Part shown: in pieces, positions 38,391 to 52,000 of the stretch
How the letters are laid out: every line of letters begins with the position of its first letter
Position numbering within the stretch: position 1 is the first letter of the stretch
NCBI GenBank assembly: GCA_030390025.1
Contig: CM059425.1
Location: 175,524,001-175,588,000 of the forward strand
DNA: 64,000 bases
Direction: 5' to 3'
Origin: Squalus acanthias
Taxonomy: Eukaryota
The notes under the pieces: model-generated
Told to the model about the DNA's origin: nothing
Databases searched by the model: none
What the model saw: the letters and a program-made list of their open reading frames with translations, nothing else
Made by a program: the position numbers and the translations under genes

Positions 38391-39239
38391 ACTTTTGTAT
38401 AAATTCCCACGAAGCACTGGATTCCTTTTAAATGGGTTTCCTCAATCATCTGTATGCCCATTTATCTAGTTATATAAACGATGAACTACCACCTCAATAA
38501 CTTTGGAAACATTTTCAGATTTTTCTAAAAATATATGTATTTCTCACATATGTCAGCCTCCGTTATCTATCTGATGTATTGATAATCTTGCATCTGCACG
38601 TACTTCCTTTCTATAAAACCTTACTTCCTTTTGTCACTTTTTTGTTAATTTTCTCATTATAAATTCCTCTGTTGGGAAACTTTTCACTGTAAATATCAGG
38701 ACTTTTATTGATTCTTTGGCAAATGATAATTTTTCAATAGTATGAATTGTGGCCTAAATAACTTGAAACTATATATCAATGGTTTATAAGGCTGCAGTTG
38801 CACGATGCTCCCGATCAGTGGAGTATATACATAGTGGGTGTTTTATGCAGTATTGTTTCATATTTTGTGATGGTGTATTTCTGAGTTTGTTTTAATTCAT
38901 TATAAATTTCAGTTAATTCTCTTACAATTCTCTGACATTTCTGAAGTTTTCAAGAAAATTAGGCACATTTCACTGTCCTTTCTAGCTAAGAAAAAATAAT
39001 TTTATTAACAGAAAAGACTATTCACATTTTCCGTCATGCTTATTTTTCTTGGAATTAAATTCAATTTTTTTATTTTCCCATTTAATCCTCTCTCTCGCTC
39101 TTCCCATAGCTCTAAAATTTGCTCATCTATACTCTTGCACATGTTTGTTGCCGTAGCCTTAACTTATGCACGAACATGAATGATACAACAAGAATTTGAA
39201 TACAAATACTCCTCCACTTCTAGGTTACTAAACGGTCGA

Positions 39240-39505
39240 CAACAACAATTTGCATTTATATAGTGCCCTTAACATTAAAAACAAAGTTGCAAGGTGCTTT
39301 ACAGAGGCATAAAGAAAAATGGACTCCGAGCCGAAGAAGGAGATATTCGAAGGGGTGTCCAAAAGTTTGGCCAACGAGGTGGGTTTGAAGGTGGAGCGGG
39401 AGGTATAGAGACGGAGGAATTCCAGTATGCGGGGCCGAGACGGCTGAAGGCACATCCACCAATGGTGGGACAAAGGAAGTGGAAGGCCAGAATTGCTCAG
39501 TTTAT
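39240..39505 (-). mobile_element. L2-like LINE 3' fragment
   Basis: Tail GTAAAGCACCTTG...GGGCACTATATAAATGCAAATTGTTGTTG on the - strand, the same tail type as the Deu SINEs. Confidence 0.6.
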
Positions 39506-39509
39506 AATC

Positions 39510-41470
39510 ATAGAAACATAGAAGATAGGAGCAGGAGTAGGCCATTCGGTCCCTCAAGCCTGCTCCGCCATTTAATGAGATCATGGCTGATCATCCAAAT
39601 TCAGTACCCTGTCCCTGCTTTCTCCCCATATCCCTTGATCCCTTTAGCCTTAAGAAATATATCTATCTCCTTCTTGAAATATATTTAATGAATTGGCCTC
39701 AACTACCTTCTGTGGTGGAGAATTCCACAGGTTCACCACTCTCTGGGTGAAGAAATTCCTCCTCATCTCAGTCCTAAATAGCTTACCCCTTATCCTTAGA
39801 CTGTGACCCCTGGTTCTGGACTCCCCCGCCATCGGGAACATCCTTCCTGCATCTCGTCTGTCTAGTCCTGTTAGAATTTTATAAGTTTCAATGAGATCCC
39901 CTCTCATTCTTTGAAATTCTAGCGAATATAAGCCTAATCGACCCAATCTCTCTTCATACGTCATTCCTGCCATCCCAGGTATCAGTCTGGTAAATCTTCA
40001 CTGCACTCCCTCCATGGCAAGAACATCCTTCCTCAGATAAGGCGACCAAAACTTCACACAATACTCAAGGTGTGGTCTCACCAAGGCCTTGTACAACTGC
40101 AGCAAGACATCCTTGCTCCTGTACTCGAATCCTCTCGCTATGAAGGCCAACATACCATTTGCCTTCTTAACCGCCTGCTGCACCTGCATGCTTACCTTCA
40201 GCGACTGGTGCACAAGGACTCCCAGATCTCGTTGCACTTCCCCTTTTCTCAATCTATTGCTGTTCAGATAATAATCTGTCTTCCTGTTTTTGCCACCAAA
40301 GTGGATAACATCGCATTTATCCACATTATACTGCATCTGCCATGCATCTGCCCAATCACCCAACCTGTCCAAATCATACTGGAGTTTCTCTGCATCCTCC
40401 TCACAGCACACACGCCCACCCAGCTTTGTGTCGTCTGCAAACTTAGAGATATTACATCTAGTTCCCTCGTCTAGATCATTAATATATATTGTGAATAGCT
40501 GGGGTCCTAGCACTGATCCCTGTGGTACCCCACTAGTCATTGCCTGCCACTCGGAAAAAGACCCGTTTATTCCAACTCTTTGCTTCCTGTCTGCCAACCA
40601 GTTCTCTATCCAAATCAGTACCTCACTCCCAATCCCATGTGCTTTAACTTTGCATGCTAATCTCTTATGCGGGACCTTATTGAAAGCCTTCTGAAAGTCC
40701 AAATACACCACATCCACTGTTTCTCCCTTATCTATTCTACCAGTTACATCCTCAAAAAATTCCAGTAGATTAGTCAGGCATGATTTCCCTTTTGTAAATC
40801 CATGTTGACTTTGTCCGATCCTGTCACTGTTTTCCAAGTGCTCTGTTATTACATCTTTTATAATGGACTCTAGCATTTTGCCCACTACCGATGTCAGGCT
40901 TACCGGTTCCCCGTTTTTTCTCTGCCACCTTTTTTAAATAGCGGGGTTACATTAGCTACCCTCCAATCCATGGGAACTGTTCCAGAGTCTATAGAATTTT
41001 GAAAGATGACCAGCAATGCATCTACTATTTCTAGGGCCACTTCCTTAAGTACCCTAGGATGTAGATTATCAGGCCCTGGGGACTTATCGGCCTTCAATCC
41101 CGTCAATTTCCCTAACACCATTTCCCTACAAATAGTGATTTCATTCAATTCCTCCCTCTCATTAGACCCTATGTTCCCCGACATCTCTGGGAGTTTATTT
41201 GTGTCCTCCTTTGTGAAGACAGAACCAAAGTATGTGTTTAATTCGTCAGTCATTTCTTTGTTCCCCATTATAAATTCCCCTGATTCTGACTGCAAGGGAC
41301 CTACGCTTGACTTCACCAATCTTTTTCTCTTCACATATCTATAGAAGCTTTTACAGTCAGTTTTTATGTTCCCTGAAAGCTTACTCTCATATTCTATTTT
41401 CTCCCTCTTAATTAATCCCTTTGTCCTCCTTTGCTGAATCCTAAACTGCTCCCAATCCTCAGGTTTGCTG
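39510..41470 (-). mobile_element. 5'-truncated CR1, same young subfamily as 1-3055
   Basis: 40121-41470 is almost base-for-base the same as 1-1345. Confidence 0.95.
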
Positions 41471-41804
41471 CGTTTGTTGCTTTGGTCCTGGGTTTCCATA
41501 AATAGTGTTCCACATCCATATTATGTGTTCCCTTTATTATTTTAAAATAAACTTGAATCTAATCCATCCCTGTTTTTCTAATGAACATGCCAACAATCAG
41601 TGTTTCATGCTGGCCATCAGCATGTTTGGGGCCTGGTCAGCTTGCTAGTGTTTGCTGCTACAAATCAGTACAACATGGTCCCCCACTTGGAATAACAAGC
41701 TGTAATCCTCTTCAATTTTGCACTGAGAAGAAATCCATTCTTGGTAAACAACCTTTGCTTTTTGCTCTGTCAACAAACCACAGCTGCTGTTAATCTCAGT
41801 TCAT

Positions 41805-42135
41805 AACTCGCCAAAGCTTCTGCGGTAGCACCTCCCAAACCTGCGATCTCTACCACCTAGAAGGACAAGGGCAGCAGGCGCATGGGAACATCACCACCTC
41901 CAAGTTCTCCTCCAAGTCACACACCATCCTGACTTGGAAATATATCGCCGATCCTTCATCGTCGCTGGGTCAAAATCCTGGAACTCCCTCCCTAACAGCA
42001 CTATGGGAGTACCTTCACCACACGGACTGCAGCGGTTCAAGAAGGTGGCTCACCACCACCTTCTCAAGGGCAACTGGGGATGGGCAATAAATGCTGGCCT
42101 TGCCAGCGACGCCCACATCCCATGAATGAATAATA
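41805..42135 (+). mobile_element. 3' fragment of the single-ORF LINE family
   Basis: Same tail as 12600-12905. Confidence 0.85.
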
Positions 42136-42771
42136 AGAAACTAATGGGACAAAGAGCAGTTGCTAATGGTTTAAATGCAAGACTTGCCTGAATTTGTGAA
42201 TTCAGTTGCTGGTTTGTTTTGAAGTCTTTTGAATAAAGCAAAAAAACTGAAATCCTCACAGGATGAGGGGTGGGGACACTCTTCCTCTTCAACTCAGAGA
42301 AACCTAAGGATGCATGCTGAGAAATTCTGCAAGTGGTGCTTATTCAAAATGCAGAGCTGTGATTAACTCTCCAATTAGTAAATATCCAGATGAACCCAAG
42401 ACACTTGAAGCAGGCTGAGACTCAGAACTAAAAGACAATTCAATTGGTAAATTTAATTTGTACATACTTTATTTATTCAGTTATGGTCTGATGCTATTTT
42501 ACTTTGAGCTAGTTACCCAAATATGATAGTGAATATGTGACTGAAAAATTGTGACAACAGGAAATAAGGTGAATGTGTACAGGAAGTGCATGCTATACAC
42601 ATCAATTTAAAATATTATAAACAGAATTCTATTACATCATGATTATTCCCACCTCATAGCTTTACTAAATAAACAAATGTACCTTTTATGTTAGTTCATC
42701 ACTCAGTCTATGTGACTACTTGCAACACTATAGGAAATTCAGTACCACTGCCCAAATTCCTTATTTCACTT

Positions 42772-45082
42772 TTTTAACATTCGTTCATGGGATGTGGGCG
42801 TCGCTGGCAAGGCCAGCATTTATTGCCCATCCCTAATTGCCCTTGAGAAGGTGGTGGTGAGCCACCGCCTTGAACCACTGCAGTCCATGTGGTGAAGTTA
42901 CTCCCATCGTGCCGTTAGGGAGAGAGTTCCAGGATTTTGACCCAGCGACGATGAAGGAACGGCGATATACTTCCAAGTCAGGATGGTGTGTGACTTGGAG
43001 GGGAACTTGGAGGTGGTGGTGTTCCCATGTGCCTGCTGCCCTTGTCCTTCTAGGTGGTAGAGGTCGCGGGTTTGGGAGGTGCTGCCGAAGAAGCCTTGGC
43101 GAGTTGCTGCAGTGCATCTTGTAGATTGTACACATTGCAGCCACGGTATGTTGGTGGTGGAGGGAGTGAATGTTTAAGGTGGTGGATGGGGTGCCAGTCA
43201 AGCGGGCTGCTTTGTCTGGATGGTGACGAGCTTCTTGAGTGTCGTTGGAGCTGCACTCATCCAGGCAAGTGGAGAGTATTCCATCACACTCCTGACTTGT
43301 GCCTTGCAGGTGGTGGAAAGGCTTTGGGGAGTCAGGAGGTGAGACACTCACCACAGAATACCCAGCCTCTGACCTGCTCTTGTTGCCACAGTATTTGTGT
43401 GGCTGGTCCAGTTAAGTTTCTGGTCAATGGTGACCCCCAGGATATTGATGGTGGGGGATTCGGCAATGGTAATGCCGTTGAATGTCAAGGGGCGGTGGTT
43501 AGTCGCTCACTTGTTGAAGATAGTCATTGCCTGGCACTTGTGTGGCGCGAATGTTACCTGCCACTTATCAGCCCAAGCCTGAATGTCGTCCAGGTCTTGC
43601 TGCATGCGGGCATGGACTGCTTCATTATCTGAGGAGTTGCGAATGGCACTGAACACTGCACATCCCCACTTCTGAATTTATGTTGGAGGAAAGGTCATTG
43701 ATGAAGCAGCTGAAGATGGTTGGGCCGAGGACACTGCACTGAGGAACTCCTGCAGCGATGTCCTGGGGCTGTGCTAATTGACCTCCAACCACCAGAACCA
43801 TATTCCTTTGTGCTAGGTATGACTCCAGCCAGTAGAGAGTTCCCCTCCCCCCCCGCCCGCCCCCGATTCCCATTGACTTCAGTTTTACTAGGGCTCCTTG
43901 ATGCCACACTAGGTCAAATGTTGCCTTGATGTCAAGGGCAATCACTCTCACCTCACCTCTGGAATTCAGCTCCTTTGTTCATGTTTGGACCAAGGCTGTA
44001 ATGAGGTCAGGAGCCGAGTGGTCTTGGCGGAAGCCAAACCGGGCATCAGTGAGCAGGTTATTGGTGAGCAAATGCTGTTTGATAGCATTGTCGATGACAC
44101 CTTCCATCACTTTGCTGATGATTGAGAGTAGACTGATGGGGTGGTAATTGGCCGGATTGGATTTGTCCTGCTTTTTGTGGACAAGACATACCTGGGCAGT
44201 TTTCCACATTGTCAGATAGATGCCAGTATTATAGCTGTACTGTACTGGAACAACTTGGCTAGAGGTGCGGCTAGTTCCTGAACACAAGTCTTCAGCACGA
44301 CAGCCGGGATTTTGTCGGGGCCCATAGCCTTTGCTGTATTCAGTGCGCTCAGCCATTTCATGATATCACGTGGAGTGAATCGAATTGGCTGAAGACTGGC
44401 TTCTGTGATGGTGGGGACCTCAGGAGGAGGCCGATATGGATCATGCACTAGGCACTTCTGGCTGAAGATGGTTGCAAATGCTTCAGCCTTGTCTTTTGCA
44501 CTCAGTGCTTGGCGCCACCATCATTGAGGATATGGATATTCATGAAGCCTCCTCCTGCCGTTAGTTGTTTAATGGTCCACCAAGTTTCACAACTGGATGT
44601 GGCAGGACTGCTGAGCTTTGATCTGATCCGTTGATTGTGGGATCGCTTAGCTCTGTCTATAGCATGCTGCTTCCGCTTTTTAGCATGCTTGTCGTCCTGT
44701 GTTGCAGGTTTCCCAGGTTGGCATCGCATTTTTAGGTAGGCCTGGTGCTGCTCCTGGCATGCTCTTCGTCACTCCTTTTTGAACCAGGGTTGGTCCCCTG
44801 GCTTGGTGGTAATGGTCAAGTGAGGGATATGCCGGGCCTTGAGGTTACAGATTGTGGTGGAATACAATTCTGCTGCTGCTGATGGCCCACAGTGCCTCAT
44901 GGATGCCCAGTTTTGAGCTGCTAGATCTGTTCTGAATCTATCCCATTTAGCACGGTGGTAGTGCCACACAACACGATGGAGGGTGTCCTCAGTGTGAAGA
45001 CGGGACTTCGTCTCCACAATGACTGTGCGGTGGTCACTGCTACCAAGGCTGTCATGGACAGATGCATCTGCGACAAGTAGAT
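42772..45082 (-). mobile_element. Single-ORF LINE, copy 2, 5'-truncated
   Basis: Collinear with 24560-26855 and carries RT motifs. Confidence 0.9.
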
Positions 45083-45414
45083 TCCTTTGATTTAATTTAT
45101 TTTAACTAGCAATGGATATCTTTTTCATGTAATTCTTTTCCAAGAATCTAAGTTTGACATATTAAATAAAAAGTCCATTCACTGCAAGTATACTGACACT
45201 TCACAATTTTCAGAAATATAACTAAAATGTAAAAAATTCAGGATCACTTTTCTCAACTGTAAAAACATTGCTCTGTGATCTTGAATTTCTTGTTGTTGCT
45301 AACTTGATTCCACAGGATGTCACTGTGAGATCAATAGTTCTTTTTTACATTGGCTGGCTACACACTTTGCTAAATAATCTCAGCTGAAGTAACTATAGCA
45401 ATGCAATGATAGGC

Positions 45415-45865
45415 GTCAGCCTTGGCTCAGTGACAGCACTCTCGCCTCTGAGTCAGAAGGCTGTGGTTTCAAGCCCCACTCCAGAGACTTGAGCACATAA
45501 TCCAGGCTGGCAATTCTGTGCATTACTGAAGGAGTGCTGCACTGTCGAAGGTGCTGACCTTTGCATAAGATGTTAAATTGAGGACCCATCTGCACTCTCA
45601 GGTGGATGTAAAAGAACTCTCAGCAGTATGCCAAGAAGAGCAGGGGAGTTCTCCCGGTGTCCAAGCCAACATTTATCCCGCAATCACCACCTAAAACAAA
45701 TTATCTGGTTATTTATTTCATTGCTGTTTTTGGGACCTTGCTGTGTGCAAATTGACTGCCGCCTTTCCTACATTACAACAGAAACTACTCTTTAAAAGTA
45801 CTTCATTGGCTGTGAAGCGCTATGAGATCTTGAAAGGCGCTATATAAATGCAAGCCTTTCTTTTT
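45415..45865 (+). mobile_element. Full-length Deu-domain SINE
   Basis: TGGCTCAGTG A box, GGTTTCAAGCC B box, and homology to 9177-9615. Confidence 0.8.
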
Positions 45866-45896
45866 TCTCTCTATCTTATATAAAACCTTAAGTATG

Positions 45897-46215
45897 GAGG
45901 AACTGGGTGGTTTAGTGGGTTAGACTCGCCTTTCATCTCGAGAGCCTTGTGCCCACATTAATAGGATGGAAGTAAGTCTCTTCTGTCTGCTGATTGTAAG
46001 GGTTCTAAGTAAAATGATTTTGTCCCATCTCAATCCTGTTCCTAGTAGGCACAGCCCTACAACACCAAACATTCTCATTTGACATTAATTACTAATGTCA
46101 CTTGGAAAGGCCACAGGATGGTTGGCAAGGGAAATTGAAAATAGTCACATTGGTGCAGTAGAGGTGCTATTCAGTGGTTGTGGCTGAGGCATATTGTTGG
46201 AACAAAGTAGAGTGA
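45897..46215 (+). mobile_element. LF-SINE-like ancient SINE
   Basis: GCCTTTCATCTC...AAATGATTTTG..TCTCAATCCTGTTCCTAGT...GGCTGAGGCATATTG resembles the recalled LF-SINE consensus. Confidence 0.55.
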
Positions 46216-46219
46216 GTCA

Positions 46220-48520
46220 TTGAGCCATGCTCAGGACGTAGTGGGAAGAATTAGCGGCAGAGGTCAATGCCAGGATTGTTGCTCCAAGAACATGGATGCC
46301 ATGCAGGAAGAAGTTTAATGATCTGATAAGAGTGAGTGAGTTCAATCTTCAAATGCCATATTCTACCAACTGCACCACTAGCCTCATCCACTGCTCAATT
46401 CACTACATCCCCATCACCCACCTACCAACAATCTCTATCAATCAGTACTCAGCCCTTGAATTCATATGGCTCATCTCACCCATACACACTTAGCACTGTT
46501 GCAAGCCTCACACCCACAACTCACAGCTTGCACATACTGACCGCTATTCAACCATGACAGCTACATCACCCAAACATATTGCAGGACACTCACTGACACA
46601 CTTCCCTCTATCTTGCAGTAGAACGCGGCACATAACAGGAGGCAGCAGAAAAGAACTGGAGGAGAACAAACACTCCTGCATGTTTTAACCTCCATGGAGG
46701 AGACAGTGCTGGCAATCATGGGAAGGGGATTCGCTGAGGCCTTGGCCACTGGTGGCGCTAGAAGGATCAATAATGAAGTTATCTGCATACCTAATCCTCC
46801 TCTCTTCCCACTTCCCCCTCCTCTCACAATCTCTTCTGACTCACAAGCTGCAGATAATAATGCGTGTATTTTAGAGGCTTGGATAGAGGAGGGATCTGCA
46901 CGTTGTGAGATATTGGGCACAAGTGCGCAGGAGCCGGGGGGGGGGGGGGGGGGGAACGGGACGGATAGCGCAGGTGCCAGCTTGCCCGAGGGCAAGGCCG
47001 CACATTAGTTCTGCTGCAGAGGAGTCAGATGAGGACTTCGATGGCCTAGGCTACAGAAGAAGGCTGATGGGTGTACACAACCAAATGCTTGCTGCACTGG
47101 AAAGTCTGCAGGAAAGCCTGCACAAAATGTCAAGGTGCATGGAGGAGTCCAGCTCCAATTTGGCACAGGACTTTGTGCAGAGCTTGGAGCCCATCCTTTC
47201 CAACATGGAACAGGTGGTCACCTCCATCAGCACACCTGTGGAACCCAGCATGATGCGACATCTGATGGCCGATGTCACAGCTTCCATTGCAGCACAAACA
47301 ACTTCCATTGCGGCAGAAATAGCTTCCATCCAAGATCTGAGTTCTGCAGTGGAAGCTCAGACTGCTGCCATCATGGCTCTGGATACCACTGTTTAAAGGG
47401 GCTTCCAGGGCACCACAGCAGACCATCAATCTGTTCTCCAACAGATCACCAGGATTGCTGAGATGCCGCCCCAGGAAAGTGGCAGTGGCTTCATGGAACA
47501 GGAACCTGCAATCTGTGCAAAACCTCGTGCTCGCTCCTCCTGCTTGTCTCTGGCAAGAGGGAATGAGATGAATGTGTTTCTCTTTGTATAGAGAGCCTGA
47601 ATAACCCCCCTTATACAGCAGTGCAGTGCAAGATGTTGCTTATATTTCCAGCAGCTTAAAAGGAGCCAGACACACAAAAATTAAGAACCACGGTCACCTT
47701 GACAGCCACAAGCAATGCTGTCCATGCCCTGCTTTGAGGCTGCAGTTGTGACTGCAGGAGTTGACAAATTTCAGTCACAACCTCTTGTGTGAAGCAAAGA
47801 CGTCTCAAGCATTGGTCCTCACTGAAGTTGAGGGAAGAGAATTGCTCTCTAAAGATGCTCGGTGTATATGGCCTCCTGCTGAGAGCCCTTCTCCCCCTCC
47901 TCCTCCTCCCTCTTCTAGGAGCTTGTCCTGCTTTGCGTGGCCTCTCTTCATTCTTCCAGTCATGTTCAATTTCTAGAGGAAGGCCTACCAGTCCACCCAT
48001 GTCTGGAAGCAACTTCTTTCAGCACAATATTTCATATGACAAAAAATGTACTGCAAGACCAGCCAGACCACTCCCTGTAGAGTATTCAAACAGTAGCCAA
48101 GCACAGGAAACCTCCAAAAGCACATAGAATTGCACCAGCAGCCAGAAGAAATAATCCAGCAACTAACTTGTAAGTACTTCATGATCCCTTTAAATAGCAC
48201 TGGTGGGGGTCCTTCGTTCTGCTTAATGTCATGTTGAGCTGTGCAAGGTTAAGACAGGGCATTGGCTGGAGTGGGGAATTGAAAAATGGCAGCGGTGGCT
48301 TCGAATTTGCGTTGCACACTGATTCGGGTCATCATCTCACTTCTCTGCATGCTACCGGCGGTCGTTAGGCGCACACATGCGCGCGCAAACCCCTTTACCA
48401 AGATGGTGTCCTATGCACTTTCTGTAGGAAGTGTGAGTGTGCATTGCAAACCTCATTTTCGAGTCTTAGTTGGCGTGTAACGCCTAAAAATCGGGCACTA
48501 CACGGCCCAATTTAGCACCC
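46220..48520. mobile_element. Degenerate PIF/Harbinger transposon: Myb/SANT-like gene (+) convergent with a HARBI1-like transposase N-terminus (-)
   Basis: WEELAAEVNARIVAPRTWMPCRKKFNDL on +, and FSEDQCLRRLCFT.EVV.EICQLL...VKVTVVLNF..SGSF on - (47656-48012). Possible TIR GGGGTGCTAAATTGGGCC near 48520. Confidence 0.75.
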
Positions 48521-49099
48521 CCCCATCACTTCTTAACAGCGAAGCATTTATGCTCCATAAATTAATGGCTATCTGAATTTAAAAAGAAAAAAAACAGTTT
48601 ACGAAGTGTGATTTCGCACAATTAATTCCAAATTAACATGGGAGAGACATTATAAATGAAAACCAGTGTTGCCCTTACAGTAGAGGTCCTTCCAACACTG
48701 AAAATGGATTTGATTAAAGTAAAGCCAGTTTTTTACACAACCTACATAATAAATTATATATTCCGCCGATGGTTATTTTTATCTACTTATTCACTGTTAC
48801 TGAAAGCACCATGTACTTACTCAGACACAGTGAGCTTGTGAAAATTCCCTGAGATATCTTGTCTTCCCCTTAAATAGAAGCCATATTAGGCTCTATTTAC
48901 AGATGGACAAGCCTAAGGCCTTACTCTCTGCAGAAACAAAGCTACCATCACCAACACAGTGATTTTTACATTGGGGCAGTAAAGACAACTTTGGAATATT
49001 AGTAGTGTTGAAGTGAATGAGTACTGCCAGCACATTGTCCATGTTTGGGTAACTGGTCCAGTGGTAAAGCACAGGCTGGAAGCTCTTTTTAACAAATAT

Positions 49100-52000
49100 T
49101 TTTTTAAATTTGTTTATGGGATGTGGACATTGCTGGCAAGGCCAGCATTTATTGCCTATCCCTAATTGCCCTTGAGAAGGTGGTGGTGAGCCGCCTTCTT
49201 GAACTGCTGCAGTCCGTGTGGTGAAGGTATTCCCACAGTGCTGTTAGGGAGTGAGTTCCAGGACTTTGACCCAGCGACGATGAAGGATCGGCGATATACT
49301 TCTAAGTCAGGATGGTGTGTGACTTGGAGGGGAACTTGGAGGTGGTGGTGTTCCCATGAGCCTGTGGTCCTTGTCCTTCTCGGTGGAAGAGGTCGCGGGT
49401 TTGGGAGGTGCTGCCGAAGAAGCCTTGGCGAGTTGCTGCAGTGCATCTTGTAGATGGTACACACTGCAGCCACGGTACGCCGGTGGTGGAGGGAGTGAAT
49501 GTTTAAGGTGGTAGATTGTAAAGTTTCCAAAATTTGCAGATCCCCAAAAATCTAAGGAAAAAGGACTTTGGAACTACCCCAGAGTGATAAAAATGCATTT
49601 GGGCCTAACATAAGAAATCTAAGACCAAAACCAAGCTTTGGCATTAGCTCAATTTTAAAAGGCTGGAATTCAAGCCCCAGCAAACATTAACATTTGGACA
49701 ATAGGCCCTGGGAGAAGGCAGCCCCACCCAAAACACAGAACCCATTAAAGAGACGCATAAAGTTAGGAGTGCTAGGCCCAGCAAGAAACCCAAAACATGA
49801 GGACAATGCAAACTCCGATTAAACAACAGATCGACAGGACGCAAGCCATTTGACACTCAGTAAAAAGCCGTTACTGGTAACGAGGTCTTACAATGACCAG
49901 GATTTGATTTGGTTCAGCATAATTGAAGGCCCATCAAGCAGTTACAACAGTTCAGTAAGAAGAGAGTTCAGAACATTTTAACACCAAGTTAAACCCATCA
50001 AAACTTAACAAGCCTGCAAGGAACCAAGACAATGGAATGAACAGGCCTCGACTGAAACCAAATCACTTCAGCATGAAACCATTTTTAGTAAGGGATTCTG
50101 GGAGTGAAAAAAAGAACAAAGGAGCTGAACAAGTATAAAAGGGGGGCCTAATTCCCCAAGAGGCCCTCTCTCCGGACTCTCCCTCTCGGCTCTGCTCCAG
50201 AAGCAGCATGTTCCAGGAAGACACTCGATGACCAGACCACCATCAATTTACCTGGTTGGATTTCGCACTGTTTAAACCCCTGTTTGGTGAGCATTATCCC
50301 TGATCTCCTGAAACCAAAACCTAGCTAGATAGTGGGATTTTTGGGAGGGATAAGGGTTTTTGTATATTGTCATTCTCCCTCGCCTGTACCGTGTGTTCCC
50401 CAACCTGTTTAAGTGTGAAGTGTGTTTTAAGTTTGTTACCTTTTTCTTTTAATAAAGTCAAAATTCTTTCATCGGAACCTGTTGTCTACTTCATCTTTAT
50501 TCACAACCCCTAAATAAGTCCAAGGTCTGAACCTGGGGCGTGGGAGCGATTCAAACCGCTCACTGAGTCAGGGGTAAGGCTGACCCCTACCACCACCACC
50601 CCCTACAAGATAGGGTGCCAATCAAGTCGGCTGCTTTGTCCTGGATGGTGTCGAGCTTCTTGAGTGTTGTTGGAGCTGCACTCATCCAGGCAAGTGGAGA
50701 GTATTCCATCACACTCCTTACTTGTGCCTTGTAGATGGTAGAAACGCTTTGGGGAGTCAGGAGGTGAGACACTCTCCGGAGAATACCTAGCCTCTGACCT
50801 GCTCTTGTTGCCACAGTATTTATGTGGCTGGTCCAGTTAAGTTTCTAGTCAATGGTGACCCCCCAGGATGTTGATGATGGGGGATTCGGCGATGGTAATG
50901 CCATTGAATGTCAAGGGGCGGTGGTTAGACTCTTGCTTGTTGGAGATACACTGTGCAGTCATCAGCGAACATCCCCATTTCTGACCTTATGTTGGAGGGA
51001 AGGTCATTGATGAAGCAGCTGAAGATGGTTGGGCCTAGGACACTGCCCTGAGGAACTCCTGCAGTGATGTCCTGGGGCTGTGATGATTGACCTTCAATCA
51101 CCACAACCATCTTCCTTTGTGCTAGGTATGACTCCAGCCACTGGAGAGTTTCCCCCCCGATTCCCATTGACTTCAGTTTTACTAGGGCTCCATGATGCCA
51201 CACTCGGTCAAATGCTGCCTTGATGTCAAGGGCAGTCACTCTCACCTCACCTTTGGAATTCAGCTCCTTTGTCCATGTTTGGACCAAGGCTGTAATCAGG
51301 TTGGGAGCCGAGTGGTCTTGGCGGAACCCAAACTGGGCATCAGTGAGCAGGTTTTTGGTGAGTAAGTGTCACTTGATAGCACTGTCGATGACATCTTCCA
51401 TCACTTTGCTGATGATTGAGAGTAGACTGATGGGGCGGTAATTGGCCGGATTGGATTTGTCCTGCTTTTTGTGGGCAGGACATACCTGGGCAGTTTTCCA
51501 CATTGTCGGATAGATGCCAGTGTTGTAGCTGTACTGGACCAGCTTAGCTAGAGGCACGGCTAGTTCTGGAGCATAAATCTTCAGCACGATAGCTGGGATG
51601 TTGTCAGGGCCCATAGCCTTTGCTGTATCCAGTGCGCTCAGCTGTTTCTTGATATCACGTGGAGTGAATCGAATTGGCTGAAGACTGGCTTCTGTGATGA
51701 TGGGGACCTCAGGAGGAGGCTTATATGGATCATCCACTCAGCACTTCTGGCTGAAGATGGTTGCAAACACTTCTGCCTTGACTTTTGCACTCATGTGCTG
51801 GGCTCCACCATCATTGGGGATGGGGATATTCATGAAGCCTCCTCCTTCCGCTAGTTGTTTAATGGTCCACCACCATTCACGACTGGATGTGATAGGACTG
51901 CAGAGCTTTGATCTGATCCGTTGATTGTGGGATCGCTTAGCCCTGTCTATAGCATGCTGCTTCTGAGCATGCATGTAGTCCTGTGTTGCAGCTTCCCCAG

